Part shown: positions 30,004 through 40,214 of the stretch, piece after piece
Position numbering within the stretch: position 1 is the first letter of the stretch
Layout: every line of letters begins with the position of its first letter
From: an uncultured delta proteobacterium
GTDB lineage: Bacteria > Desulfobacterota > Desulfobacteria > Desulfobacterales > JAFDCJ01
Length of the DNA stretch: 64,000 bases
Reading direction: 5' to 3'
NCBI GenBank assembly: GCA_963769935.1
Contig: CAVYNY010000008.1
Location: 96,001 to 160,000 of the forward strand
The notes under the pieces: model-generated
The model's database searches: none
What the model saw: the letters and a program-made list of their open reading frames with translations, nothing else
Told to the model about the DNA's origin: nothing
Made by a program: the position numbers and the translations under genes

Positions 30004-30224
30004 CGAAATATGGCCTCATTTTCATAACGGAACCAGTGGTTCGTGTGTTAATTTAACTTTTTCTATTTATTTTAATAAAAATAATCGATTATGTCAAAAA
30101 TTCGGCCGATAATTTATCAATCTTAAATTCAAATTCAATCGAATTTTATATGAATGGCACGGAGCAGAAAATAAAATCAGACCATCATCCGCTTTTGATT
30201 CGCTATATTCAATATTCCATTCTT

Positions 30225-30394
30225 CTCTCCGATCCGTAGGCTCTACGAGCCGGAGGCCAGCATTCGATTATTCCATGGGTTAACTTACGGCTACAACCAC
30301 CCCTCTCTCCGAGCTGTAGGCTCTGCGAGCCGGAAGCTGGGGTGAAGTCAGAGCCGGACCCTCCCTCCGGGCTGTTGGCCTACGGGCAGGAAGC
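30225..30394 (+). repeat. Three degenerate ~33-bp hairpin modules (CTCTCCGAnCnGTAGGCTCTnCGAGCCGGAnGC)
   Basis: Copies at 30225-30257, 30305-30337 and 30363-30394. Confidence 0.75.
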
Positions 30395-30496
30395 TGGGCC
30401 AGGATTATTTGTTCAACTCAGGGAAGAAGTTCATTAAAAATAGGGGAAAATGGTATGATGGCAGAGCGGGGTTAACAGCAAAAACACCGAAAGCCG

Positions 30497-32653
30497 TTAA
30501 AATTGCTCAACAAAATCGCCGATAGCCTGATAGACTTTTTCAGCGCCTTCTCCCAGGAGAATTCCATGGCGATCAAAATTGAACAGAATATATTTTTTTT
30601 CCTGGCTGCCGATTCTTTCGAATATTTTTCTGGATCCTTTCGGATCAACCACCGGATCCCGGCGCGATTGGACAATTAAGGCCGGCATAAGCAAATCGGG
30701 TAATTTGGGTTCGAGATCATCCATCAGGCGTTCGATTTCCTTGACACCGGAGATAGGATTACGCAGATAATTAATATGCGGATTTTCCGGTTTGTTTTCG
30801 ATAAATTCTTTTTTGGGTCCGACTTTATATGTTCGGTCCATGATCCGATTCCACATATCAACGGCCGGCGCAAATTTTGAAGAAAAATCCTTGAGCGTCA
30901 GGGGGGCGGCCACAGCAAACACTCCGGCCACTGCGCCGACCCTCGCGGCCAGATCCAATGCCAGTCCGGCACCGGTTGAAAAGCCGCCCACCACAACTTT
31001 TCGGCAAAGGCTGCTGATGACGGCATATCCGCGGTCAATGGAGGCCATCCAATCCTCATAGGTCCGGATAGCGAGATCATCAGGCGATGTTCCATGGCCT
31101 CTTAAGCGGGGAACATACACCCAAAAGCCCATTTTCCCCAGATAGAGGGCCAGTTTCTTCACTTCAAGCGGCGCCGCCATATAGCCATGTGAGAGCAGGA
31201 CGCCGACATGTTTGGATCTTCCTTTGACCATAAACGGCATACCGACATCCATCGGTTTGGATTCCCCTTGGATGAAAAATTGGTGATAGTCGCTTTCGAA
31301 TTGTTTTACAGCCTCTTCCATGAGGTATTTGGCAACCTTGCGCCTGATCCGGAAGCCCGGCTGAATAGCAAGGCGGCGAACGGTTCGCTGAAACTGGGAG
31401 AGCGGTTCGGCCGTATTGGCAATCACATCGATGGGATTGTCAATGCGGGCACGATGAAACTCGTAGGGGGATGTAAACTTGGCATTGTCCTTTAAATATC
31501 CGTTATCCGTTTTTTTCAGGTTGCCCTTTTCCAATGCCAGCGAGATGAAATCATGCACCTTGCCGTTGCAGTCATCGGTCAGCAAATGAATCTGATCCTC
31601 TCTAAGGCCGGGATGCAGATGCATGGCCGGCAGCTGCTGAATAAGGCAGGCGGCCAAAAATACCCGGCGACGAAAATCCATCTCATCTATTTTCTTAGCA
31701 GGCATCAGTTTGAGCATCGATGCAAAAAGGTGCTCCAGGTTGACAGCCGTCATTCCGTAAATATCGGCCATATAGCGCTGCATCAGTCTAAGCGCTTCTT
31801 TATGCATCGTTTTTTTAGATGCAATCGGGTCATCGAAATTTATTCTGTTTTTAGACTCGATATCCCTTCTGATGGCCGGTTTTTGCAGATAATCATCAAT
31901 GAAAATGGGGTCACCAAAATGAATATCTATATCCACGCCTGAAATCAGCATCGAACCTTCGGTCATGAGTTCTTCGACTAATCGTTCAGGCAAATCGTCC
32001 ACCAGGCGCTTGGCCAGCTTGCTTAAAATGTTCTCGCGGGCCCGAATGGGATAATACGTTAAATTGACCGGCATGATAAAGGTGCTGCGATTAAGCACCG
32101 GATCCAGGGATTCGATTTGAAAAAGATCCATCAGGTACTGAGCTTCATCCGGTTCGGCAGTCGCAAGATGCCCCAGGCGCTGCCGATAGAACTCCGTGCG
32201 CATGGCCAGCCTACCGGCACCGGTGTGGGGCGGATGTTTGCCGCCGGCCCAGGAAATCATAAACTGGCCCTTTTCTATAATTTTTTTGTTTTTAACCATT
32301 CTGCCTTCGGGAAAAATAATCCAGTTCGCTTCTCCGGTGAGCAGGGTTTTGACGATGAGCAGGTCCCGGTCCGGACTTTTTGTAGAAACAGCACCGACCT
32401 TCTCGAGATAGGCACCGAATGCCCCTTTAAACAGTTCGTAATCCGCCAATGACCAGACCGGAATTTTAGTTAGTGAAAAAATCTGGGCGGGCATCAGGAA
32501 TGTTTCAAGCCGGGTAAAGTGATTGATAACGAAAATGATCGAACCTTCTGGAATGTTTTCTTGGTTGTGAATGACGATGTTGGCCTTTGAAAGGTTGGAA
32601 AGGGTTTTGACGGCAAAACCTGTGGATCGATAGGCAAACCGGTTCATTGGCAA
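30497..32653 (-). CDS. PlsC-type acyltransferase fused to an alpha/beta carboxylesterase
   Basis: N-terminal NHFTRLE, IFPEG; C-terminal HGY, GHGT, GFSTG nucleophile, DPVV, H. Confidence 0.85.
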   Translation of the reverse strand: MPMNRFAYRSTGFAVKTLSNLSKANIVIHNQENIPEGSIIFVINHFTRLETFLMPAQIFSLTKIPVWSLADYELFKGAFGAYLEKVGAVSTKSPDRDLLIVKTLLTGEANWIIFPEGRMVKNKKIIEKGQFMISWAGGKHPPHTGAGRLAMRTEFYRQRLGHLATAEPDEAQYLMDLFQIESLDPVLNRSTFIMPVNLTYYPIRARENILSKLAKRLVDDLPERLVEELMTEGSMLISGVDIDIHFGDPIFIDDYLQKPAIRRDIESKNRINFDDPIASKKTMHKEALRLMQRYMADIYGMTAVNLEHLFASMLKLMPAKKIDEMDFRRRVFLAACLIQQLPAMHLHPGLREDQIHLLTDDCNGKVHDFISLALEKGNLKKTDNGYLKDNAKFTSPYEFHRARIDNPIDVIANTAEPLSQFQRTVRRLAIQPGFRIRRKVAKYLMEEAVKQFESDYHQFFIQGESKPMDVGMPFMVKGRSKHVGVLLSHGYMAAPLEVKKLALYLGKMGFWVYVPRLRGHGTSPDDLAIRTYEDWMASIDRGYAVISSLCRKVVVGGFSTGAGLALDLAARVGAVAGVFAVAAPLTLKDFSSKFAPAVDMWNRIMDRTYKVGPKKEFIENKPENPHINYLRNPISGVKEIERLMDDLEPKLPDLLMPALIVQSRRDPVVDPKGSRKIFERIGSQEKKYILFNFDRHGILLGEGAEKVYQAIGDFVEQF

Positions 32654-32891
32654 TAGGCCTTTATTCTATTAATCCATCATTATTTTATTAAAGTAATTAA
32701 TTCATCCCGACAATATTGCGAATTCTCATCAGGTTCAAATGAACGACTATGTTTCTCCAAAACCGGCATCACAGTCTTTCAGGGCGGATTAAGTAAATAA
32801 TAAGCGAAAATCATGAAGGAATCAACAAACTAAATGCTGAACTGTATTTTATTCCATGGGTTTTCCGGCGGCACACACCCCCCCCTTGGTG

Positions 32892-32920
32892 TTGACATAA
32901 AATTTATTTACCATTAGATT
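32892..32920 (+). promoter_or_regulatory. Sigma70-type promoter
   Basis: TTGACA-N17-TAGATT upstream of the NIL-ferredoxin/mnmA genes. Confidence 0.6.
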
Positions 32921-32973
32921 AAGAAAATCGTTAAAACTTATTTGTGAGTTCATTTCAGACGCGGAGGTCCGGC

Positions 32974-33402
32974 GTGTATTCTAAAATTGTTATTATTCGC
33001 TTTCCCAAAACGGAAGTACACAAGCCGATTGTGTATCATTTAACCAAGGACTATAATCTAATGTTCAACATCCTGAATGCCACCATCCTGCCCCGCAAAG
33101 AAGGGGTGGTGGTGCTGGAGATATCGGGTACCAAAAAGAATTTTAAAGAAGGCATAGAATTTCTCAAAGCACAGGGTGTACAGGTCCAAAACGCCTCTCA
33201 AGAAGTTAAACGCAACAATCGCAAATGCACGGATTGCGGGGCCTGTACGGCAGTGTGCCCGACGGGTGCCCTTGCAGTGAAGCGGCCGGAAATGAAAGTG
33301 ATTTTTGACCAAAAAAAATGCAGCGTATGTGAATTGTGCGTACCGGCCTGTCCGCCGCGGGCCATGGAGGTAAGGCCGGCACACCAGGCTTTTTTTGAAT
33401 GA
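32974..33402 (+). CDS. NIL-domain / 2x[4Fe-4S] ferredoxin protein
   Basis: FNILNA, CTDCGACTAVCP, CSVCELCVPACP; GTG start after GGAGG. Confidence 0.88.
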   Translation: MYSKIVIIRFPKTEVHKPIVYHLTKDYNLMFNILNATILPRKEGVVVLEISGTKKNFKEGIEFLKAQGVQVQNASQEVKRNNRKCTDCGACTAVCPTGALAVKRPEMKVIFDQKKCSVCELCVPACPPRAMEVRPAHQAFFE

Positions 33403-34457
33403 AGCAGACAACAGCAGTCGCGATAAGCGGGGGCGTTGATTCGTTAATGTCCGCTTATTTCATAAAGGAACAGGGACAGCATGTCATCGGAATTCACTTT
33501 ATAACGGGATTTGAAACCCCCTCCGTATCTGTCCAACATCCGGCGGTCAAAAACATCCATAATATCCTGGAAATCGGAGAACAACTGGGTATACCGGTCG
33601 AGATAGTTGACGTGCGTGCGGAATTCAAGGAGAAGATCGTCGACTATTTTACCCGGACCTATCAGGCCGGCCGAACTCCCAATCCGTGTATGCAATGCAA
33701 CCCCAGCATCAAATTCGGCACCATTTTAGACTATGCATTTAAACTCGGGGCCCGCAAGCTGGCCACGGGACACTATGCCAGGTTAAAAGAAGATCCCCAG
33801 GGCCGGTTCCACCTGTTGAAAGGTCTCGACCCGGCAAAGGACCAGTCCTATTTTCTCGCGCGCCTGACCCGGCAGCAGCTTGCCAAGGCCTGTTTCCCAC
33901 TAGGGAAATTAAAAAAAGAAGATGTAAAAAAAATGGCCGCCCAAAAAGGGCTGCACCCCGTCACCCGGGCCGAGAGCCAGGATATCTGTTTTATAAAACA
34001 TGACGCCTGCGGCGACTTCCTGACCCGGGAAATAGGTCTAAAGATCGAACCCGGTTTAATCGAAGACATGACGGGAAGGGTCATCGGGAACCACAAAGGA
34101 CTTCATCTGTTTACGGTCGGCCAGCGGCGCGGCATTAATTGTCCCGCCGCGGAACCCTATTACGTTGTCCGTTTGGATACCGGGCGCAACCGTTTGATCG
34201 TGGGCTCCAAAAATGATCTGCTGGCATTGGAATGCAAAATAACAGACATCAATTGGATTGCTGGTGAACCCGCCTCTCCCGTGGACGTCTTTACACGGGT
34301 GCGCTACCGCAGCCAAGAAGTGCCTTCCACTGTCTTTCCGCAGGATGAACATGACGCGATTGTCCGGTTCAAAACGCCCCAATCTGCTGTCACGCCGGGC
34401 CAGGCGGCGGTTTTTTACAAAGGTGATGAGATATTGGGAGGAGGCTGGATAGCTTAG
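33399..34457 (+). CDS. mnmA: tRNA 2-thiouridylase MnmA
   Basis: SGGVDS, TPNPCMQCN, ATGHYA, KDQSYFL, ESQDICF, TVGQRRG, TPGQ. Confidence 0.96.
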   Translation: MKQTTAVAISGGVDSLMSAYFIKEQGQHVIGIHFITGFETPSVSVQHPAVKNIHNILEIGEQLGIPVEIVDVRAEFKEKIVDYFTRTYQAGRTPNPCMQCNPSIKFGTILDYAFKLGARKLATGHYARLKEDPQGRFHLLKGLDPAKDQSYFLARLTRQQLAKACFPLGKLKKEDVKKMAAQKGLHPVTRAESQDICFIKHDACGDFLTREIGLKIEPGLIEDMTGRVIGNHKGLHLFTVGQRRGINCPAAEPYYVVRLDTGRNRLIVGSKNDLLALECKITDINWIAGEPASPVDVFTRVRYRSQEVPSTVFPQDEHDAIVRFKTPQSAVTPGQAAVFYKGDEILGGGWIA

Positions 34458-34735
34458 CTCATAGCTCACAGCTCATGGCCTACAGTTGCCTACATGGGAA
34501 CTGGGGAGCCGGGAAGTGGGGAAGCTGGGAGGCTGCAAGATTGAGAAAGTGAGAAGATCAGCGGCGCAGAAAGTGAAAAGGACTAGAAGTTCGTGAATCC
34601 CTTGGTTCGTGAGTTGGTGAGCAGAAAATTTGAGAGGTTTTGAGCTGGAAGGCTGAAGGCCTTGGTTGATTGAGATGATTGATCGACATTCCAAAATAGA
34701 AGCTGTGAAGATCCGTGCAAATCCGTGTCCAAATG
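34455..34735. repeat. Stack of repeat arms (AGCTCAT, GGGAAGnn, GAGAAGnn, TTCGTGA, ATCCGTG)
   Basis: Starts at the mnmA stop: tagctcatagctcacagctcatgg...; ends atccgtgcaaatccgtgtccaaa. Confidence 0.8.
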
Positions 34736-34751
34736 CTTGAAATTAGAGACT

Positions 34752-36074
34752 ATGCCGAAATTTAAAATCGTAACGTTGGGCTGCAAAGTAAATCAGACTG
34801 AATCCGAGTCCCTTGCTCAGGATTTAATGGCATCGGACTGGATTGCGGTTCAAGATCCGGCAGCCGCGGATGTATGCATTGTCAACACGTGCGCGGTGAC
34901 TCAAAAAGCGGCGATGCAGTCACGACAGGCCTTGCGACAGGCCATCCGGGCCAATCCCGGCGCCCGAATCATGGCGACCGGCTGCTATGCGGAAACGGCC
35001 CCGGATGAAATCAAAACCATCAAAGGGGTAACCGATATTATCGGCCAGGGTAATAAGCAGGCCATCGGCAGCATGCTCCGCAAGGAAGGTCGGCGGCCGG
35101 CAGAGATTCTGGTTTCCGGCTGCGGGGCTATCGGCCAAAAGCGGGTATTCGAATTGACGCCCCTTGCCGTAACAGCTCCCCGCACCCGGCCCTTTTTAAA
35201 AATCCAAGACGGCTGCGATGCTTTTTGCACATACTGTATTGTACCCTACGCCCGCGGTCGCAGTCGCAGCATGCCGCCTGAAAAGGTGCTGCATCGCATT
35301 CGCAAGCTTGCCCAAGCCGGATATCATGAAGTGGTGCTCACCGGCATCCATATCGGAACCTATGGCCGTGACCTGTCTCCCGCTGCCGGCCTGGCAGCGT
35401 TGCTGGGCCGCATTAATGGGTTGGAACTCATTGACCGCGTGCGCCTCAGCTCAATTGAACCGCTTGAGCTTACCGGGGAAATCATCCGGATGGCGGCGGA
35501 GTCCGATAGATTCTGCAAGCACTTTCACATACCATTGCAAAGCGGCGACGACGGCATATTAAAAAAAATGGGGCGCCCCTATTCCCGGCAGAACTTCCGC
35601 GATTTAATCATTCGGGTGAACGAAGCGATGCCGGACGCGGCCATCGGGGTGGATACCCTGGTCGGATTTCCGGGAGAAAATGAAAAAGCATTTGAAAACA
35701 CCTACGAGTTGATTGGAGATCTGCCGGTAAGCTATTTACACGTGTTCCCGTTTTCGGCGCGCCCCGGAACGGCGGCCGCAAAGTTTGAGCACCAGGTTGA
35801 ACCTGAAATTCTTAAAGCAAGGTGTGAACGGATGCGCAGCCTCGGATGGAGCAAACGGCTGAACTTTTACCGAAAGTTCATTGGAAAAAGATTACCGGTT
35901 CTAATTGAAGCCAAACGGGATGGCGCGGCCGGTTTGCTGAAAGGCATATCATCTAATTATTTGCCTGTTTTGATAGATGCCGGCGATGAGCTGAAAAATA
36001 AAATTGTTAATGTAAGAATTGAACAATTGGATGGGAATAAATTATTCGGTATTCATATCGTTCAAAAGCTTTAA
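34752..36074 (+). CDS. mtaB: tRNA t6A methylthiotransferase MtaB
   Basis: TLGCKVNQ, NTCAVT, LKIQDGCDAFCTYCIVPYARG, HVFPFSARPGT. Confidence 0.93.
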   Translation: MPKFKIVTLGCKVNQTESESLAQDLMASDWIAVQDPAAADVCIVNTCAVTQKAAMQSRQALRQAIRANPGARIMATGCYAETAPDEIKTIKGVTDIIGQGNKQAIGSMLRKEGRRPAEILVSGCGAIGQKRVFELTPLAVTAPRTRPFLKIQDGCDAFCTYCIVPYARGRSRSMPPEKVLHRIRKLAQAGYHEVVLTGIHIGTYGRDLSPAAGLAALLGRINGLELIDRVRLSSIEPLELTGEIIRMAAESDRFCKHFHIPLQSGDDGILKKMGRPYSRQNFRDLIIRVNEAMPDAAIGVDTLVGFPGENEKAFENTYELIGDLPVSYLHVFPFSARPGTAAAKFEHQVEPEILKARCERMRSLGWSKRLNFYRKFIGKRLPVLIEAKRDGAAGLLKGISSNYLPVLIDAGDELKNKIVNVRIEQLDGNKLFGIHIVQKL

Positions 36075-36077
36075 TTT

Positions 36078-36258
36078 TTGGACACGGATTTGCACAGATG
36101 CACACGGATTAAAAAAAAATCAAACATCTAGTTTGTCCGCCTTTCAGCGGAAAGAATCCAGGAATATAAGAGCCAAATTTTATCTTCATTAAAGTTTCTG
36201 AATTCCTGATTAATTTTTTTCTTAAACATCCTTAAAATCCGTGTTTATCCGTGTCCCA
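36078..36258. repeat. Inverted pair of CACGGAT/ATCCGTG arms
   Basis: ggacacggatttgcacagatgcacacggat ... atccgtgtttatccgtgtcc. Confidence 0.8.
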
Positions 36259-36300
36259 TGAAGAGGAACTAAAATCCAATCTAACAAAAAGGAGAAAAAA

Positions 36301-36822
36301 ATGACCGCTAAAAACGACTACAAAGAGGATATCGATCGGGCAACGGCCGTCTTTGAAACCAACTTGGGAAATTTCGAGGTCGAGCTTTATGCCAAAGAGT
36401 GCCCGGAAACCGTGTGGAATTTTATCAACCTGGCCGAAGGGCGGCAGGAAACGGACAGAGGCGGAAAATTTTATGACGGCCTTTCCTTTCATCGTGTCAT
36501 CGAAGGCTTTGTTATCCAGGGCGGCTGCCCTTTGGGGACCGGAACCGGCGGTCCGGGATACAGTTTTACGGATGAATTTGACGCCGCCTTGAAGCATGAC
36601 GGTGCCGGCGTGCTTTCCATGGCCAATGCGGGACCCGGCACCAATGGGAGCCAGTTCTTCATCACCCTCGCCCCGACCCCTCATTTGGACAACCGCCACT
36701 CCGTTTTCGGCAAGGTAGTCAAAGGTATGGAAGTCGTTAAACAAATCGGAACGACCCCAACAGGTCCGGGAGACCGGCCGATAGAGAAAGTCGTCATGCA
36801 AAAGGTAACGATTCAAAGATAA
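36301..36822 (+). CDS. Cyclophilin-type peptidyl-prolyl isomerase
   Basis: [38 protein letters not shown]. Confidence 0.96.
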   Translation: MTAKNDYKEDIDRATAVFETNLGNFEVELYAKECPETVWNFINLAEGRQETDRGGKFYDGLSFHRVIEGFVIQGGCPLGTGTGGPGYSFTDEFDAALKHDGAGVLSMANAGPGTNGSQFFITLAPTPHLDNRHSVFGKVVKGMEVVKQIGTTPTGPGDRPIEKVVMQKVTIQR

Positions 36823-37007
36823 CCTGGTTGCTTAATACATAGTTTCATAAATACGGTAACTGCGAATATGTCATCGTAATTATGAATAAGAGCACTTAGC
36901 AAATCGATTGCTGAAATTTGGCATTGGGCGGACTGATGCGCATCGCCGGATCGCGGAGACGCGGGCCGGCAAACCGGTCCGCATCAAGGATGGGGCGGCT
37001 GCCATAA

Positions 37008-37037
37008 AAAAAAGCGCAACATTGAAATTGCGCTTTT
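37008..37037 (-). terminator. Intrinsic terminator downstream of tRNA-Leu (possibly bidirectional)
   Basis: AAAAGCGCAA-cattgaaa-TTGCGCTTTT flanked by A and T runs. Confidence 0.7.
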
Positions 37038-37052
37038 GGTGTTTATAGTTTG

Positions 37053-37139
37053 TGGTGCCGAAGGGGAGACTCGAACTCCCACAGGCGTACGCCCACTAGA
37101 CCCTGAACCTAGCGCGTCTACCAGTTCCGCCACTTCGGC
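37053..37139 (-). tRNA. tRNA-Leu, anticodon CAG
   Basis: GCCGAAGTGGCGGAACTGGTAGACGCGCTAGGTT-CAG-GGTCTAG..GTTCGAGTC..TTCGGCACCA; long variable arm, encoded CCA. Confidence 0.97.
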
Positions 37140-37234
37140 ACTTTTAAAAAGGTTGATTTATTACAACAAGTGCACTACATACATCTATTCCGTGATTCAT
37201 GTCAAGCTCAATGTTGAATATTTGAAAGTTTATT

Positions 37235-38170
37235 ATGAAAGTTTTCGATCACCTCGACCAAATCAATGAACCCTTCAAGCGTGCCGTGATTACCATCGGC
37301 AATTTTGACGGTGTTCATATCGGACACCAGGCTCTTTTTCACGAAGTCATTGAAAAAGCCGTCGACATTGACGGTACATCCGTGGCCATGACATTTGAAC
37401 CGCATCCGATTCGGGTGTTAAAACAAAACCATTATCCGCCATTGATAACCCTTTATGAACAAAAGGCCGAGTTGATCGAGCGCACCGGCATCGATGTGCT
37501 GATATGTGTTCCTTTTACCCTGGCGTTTGCAGCACTTTCCGCCGAACAATTCATTAAAGATCTGCTGGTACAAAAAATCGGTATGAAAGCAATTGTGGTG
37601 GGCGAAGACTATAGCTTCGGCAAAAATCGCGAAGGCAATATCGAGCTGCTGCGCTCCTATGCCCCTCAATATGGTTTTGAAGTTATCATAGCCGGCTGGG
37701 TCAGGTCCGCCCGAGCTATGGAAGACCGCATCAGCAGCACTAGAATCCGGGAACTGATCACCGACGGCCTGATGGAGCAGGCCGAAAGAATGTTGGGCCG
37801 GAGCTACCAAATCAGAGGCAGGGTCGTGACGGGCCGGGACCGCGGCGGCAGGCTGCTTGGCATTCCGACTGCCAACATCAATCTGAACGATGAACTGTGC
37901 CCCAAAACCGGTATCTACGCCGTGTTGGTCGAATTTAACGGCCAGAAGTACAAGGGCGTCGCAAATATCGGTTACAGCCCGACATTTGATGACCATCAGT
38001 TTACGGTGGAAGTGCATATTTTAGACTTTTGTGGTAACATATATGGAAAGAAAATCCGGGTAAATTTCATCAAGCGTATTCGGGATGAAATAAAATTTTC
38101 CGGTATCTCAGAGCTCGTCGATCAGATCAGACTCGACATCGTCGCGGCCCGTGAAGTTCTTAAAAGCTAA
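37235..38170 (+). CDS. ribF: Bifunctional riboflavin kinase / FAD synthetase
   Basis: IGNFDGVHIGH, TFEPHP, ISSTRIR, GIPTAN, GVANIG..PT, EVHILDF. Confidence 0.97.
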   Translation: MKVFDHLDQINEPFKRAVITIGNFDGVHIGHQALFHEVIEKAVDIDGTSVAMTFEPHPIRVLKQNHYPPLITLYEQKAELIERTGIDVLICVPFTLAFAALSAEQFIKDLLVQKIGMKAIVVGEDYSFGKNREGNIELLRSYAPQYGFEVIIAGWVRSARAMEDRISSTRIRELITDGLMEQAERMLGRSYQIRGRVVTGRDRGGRLLGIPTANINLNDELCPKTGIYAVLVEFNGQKYKGVANIGYSPTFDDHQFTVEVHILDFCGNIYGKKIRVNFIKRIRDEIKFSGISELVDQIRLDIVAAREVLKS

Positions 38171-38279
38171 GCGGGCCTTGGTGGGCCGGCCCGGCGATTT
38201 TGCGATGCTTTTGAACCGGACATTACGCATTTGACAATAAATCCTGTTTATTTAATGGAAAAGGTTTTCATCGCTGAAT

Positions 38280-39383
38280 ATGAAAAAAAACATGACCATC
38301 TCCTTTATCGGAGGTATTGCGATATCGGTGATCGCGCTTTATTTTGCTTTCAGAAAAGTTCCCGTTGCGGATCTGTTCAAGTATCTGGCTTCCATTAATT
38401 ACTTCTGGGTACTGCCGGCAGTAATTGCCACACTCGTTTCCTTTTTGCTAAGAGCTTTTCGCTGGCGGATCATTCTGGAATCGACCAAGAAAATCAGTAT
38501 ATGGGGGGCGATTCATCCCCTGATGATCGGTTTTATGATCAACTGCGTGCTGCCCGGCCGTTTAGGTGAGGTGGCCCGCCCTGTAATACTGCAAAAAAGA
38601 GAGGGCGTACCCTTTGCCACAGGTCTGGCGACTGTCGTGGCGGAAAGAATGTTTGACATAATTCTTTTGCTGCTGCTGTTTATATTAACGGCCGGCGTTC
38701 TGAAAATAGATCCCGAGCTCAATGTAGCCTTTGGCAAATATCAACTGAATCAGAAAACCCTGCAGACCGTATTCGACGGCATGCTGGAACTGGGAGCCGT
38801 GTTAATTGGAGGGATCGTTTTGTTCAGCATGCGCAGGTTTCGTGAATTAATTTACAAAATGATCAGGTCTACGCCGGGTTTGTTTTTCTTTGCTGGGCAA
38901 CGCTTCAAAGCGTCGTATCAAAAACGAGTGTGCGAGCCCGTAATCAAGGTCCTTAAAAACTTAGCACAGGGTTTTGCTCTGGTCAGATATCCAACAATAA
39001 TCATTATCTGTTTCGTTTATTCATTCCTGATCTGGGGACTGCAGGCGCTCTCATATTATCTATTTTCGCGCGGCTGCCCGGGTATTGGCCTGACATATTA
39101 TGAAATAACGGCTGTTATGGTTATCATCTGCTTCTTTATAGCATTGCCTTCGGCCCCGGGCTTTTGGGGGCTCTGGGAAGCAGGCGGTGTGTTTGCGCTG
39201 TCGCTGTTTGGCGTTTCCGCCAAAGACGCTGCCGGTTACACCCTGGCTAATCATGCGATTCAGGTTATACCGGTGATTATTGCCGGTATGGTATCCGCCC
39301 TGATTCTCAGCGTGAATATCCGCCAGTTGTCTTATGCCGGACAAGAGTACCAACGTCAACAGCCGCAGGTAAAACCAGATTGA
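38280..39383 (+). CDS. Lysylphosphatidylglycerol-synthase TM domain (UPF0104 / flippase-like) membrane protein
   Basis: LRAFRW, NCVLPGRLGEVAR, ERMFD, PSAPGFWGLWE. Confidence 0.85.
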   Translation: MKKNMTISFIGGIAISVIALYFAFRKVPVADLFKYLASINYFWVLPAVIATLVSFLLRAFRWRIILESTKKISIWGAIHPLMIGFMINCVLPGRLGEVARPVILQKREGVPFATGLATVVAERMFDIILLLLLFILTAGVLKIDPELNVAFGKYQLNQKTLQTVFDGMLELGAVLIGGIVLFSMRRFRELIYKMIRSTPGLFFFAGQRFKASYQKRVCEPVIKVLKNLAQGFALVRYPTIIIICFVYSFLIWGLQALSYYLFSRGCPGIGLTYYEITAVMVIICFFIALPSAPGFWGLWEAGGVFALSLFGVSAKDAAGYTLANHAIQVIPVIIAGMVSALILSVNIRQLSYAGQEYQRQQPQVKPD

Positions 39384-39441
39384 TTAGCTGAGCTTACGAA
39401 CTTACGAGCTAACGAACTCACCAACTTAATACTTAATTCTC

Positions 39442-39954
39442 ATGTCAAAACTTGAAATATTAACATATCCGAATAAATTTCTGAGCGAACCGACCAAACC
39501 TCTGGAAAACATCGATGGCAAGGTTCAGGAAATCATCGATCAGATGGCCGCCACCATGTATGATGCGCCGGGCATCGGGCTGGCAGCGATCCAGGTGGGC
39601 TGGGACAAGAGCCTGTTGATCTATGATATTTCCCCTCGAGATGAAAACCGTTCCCTGCACGTGCTGATCAATCCCAAAATTGTTACTCAAGAGGGTGAAA
39701 TCGTGTCTGAAAATGAAGGCTGCCTAAGTGTCCCCGAATTCAGGGCGGACGTGAAACGTGCCGCTAACATAACTGTTGCCGGCCAGGATCGGGAGGGCAA
39801 ACCGATCCGCATGGATGCCGAAGGGTTTCTGGCCATTGTGTTGCAGCACGAAATCGACCATCTAAACGGAACCTTGTTTATTGAACGCATCAGTTCCCTG
39901 AAGCGGCAAATGTACCAGCGCCGGGTGAAAAAGCAAATGAAGACGAACCAATGA
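39442..39954 (+). CDS. def: Peptide deformylase
   Basis: [24 protein letters not shown]. Confidence 0.97.
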   Translation: MSKLEILTYPNKFLSEPTKPLENIDGKVQEIIDQMAATMYDAPGIGLAAIQVGWDKSLLIYDISPRDENRSLHVLINPKIVTQEGEIVSENEGCLSVPEFRADVKRAANITVAGQDREGKPIRMDAEGFLAIVLQHEIDHLNGTLFIERISSLKRQMYQRRVKKQMKTNQ

Positions 39955-40188
39955 AAAATGCCTAAAATTAAAAATGCCTAAAGTGCCTAAAATTAAGGTA
40001 TTCTATCTATTTATGTTAATAAGCCCCAGCAGCTTAGATTGCATTAGATTTGAGATATTAATCTTTCCGGAGGCCAGATCTCAAAGTTTCATATTAAGAG
40101 ATGGAGCGCCGCGACACCACAATTTTAGTCATTTTAAATTTTAGATCATTTTAGATAATTTTTCACTTGAGATCATTTTGATTCATTT
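39954..40188. repeat. Inverted pair of AAATGCCTA / TAGnCATTT arms
   Basis: aaaaatgcctaaaattaaaaatgcctaaagtgcctaaaatt ... aattttagtcattttaaattttagatcattttag. Confidence 0.75.
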
Positions 40189-40214
40189 TCTACACCGGCT
40201 GAGCAGGTAAAACG

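Noticed and set aside
30225..30394. Mini CRISPR array
   Set aside because: Only three divergent units, spacers of unequal length (~47 and ~25 nt), and no cas genes.
36925..37000. Structured ncRNA in the GC-rich patch between the cyclophilin gene and the tRNA
   Set aside because: Hairpins are possible but there is no promoter, family match or second copy to support it.
36840..37139. tRNA-anchored genomic island or prophage att site
   Set aside because: No integrase, no duplicated tRNA 3' end seen in the window, and flanks are housekeeping genes.
37036..37269. 77-aa ORF
   Set aside because: Antisense shadow of tRNA-Leu.
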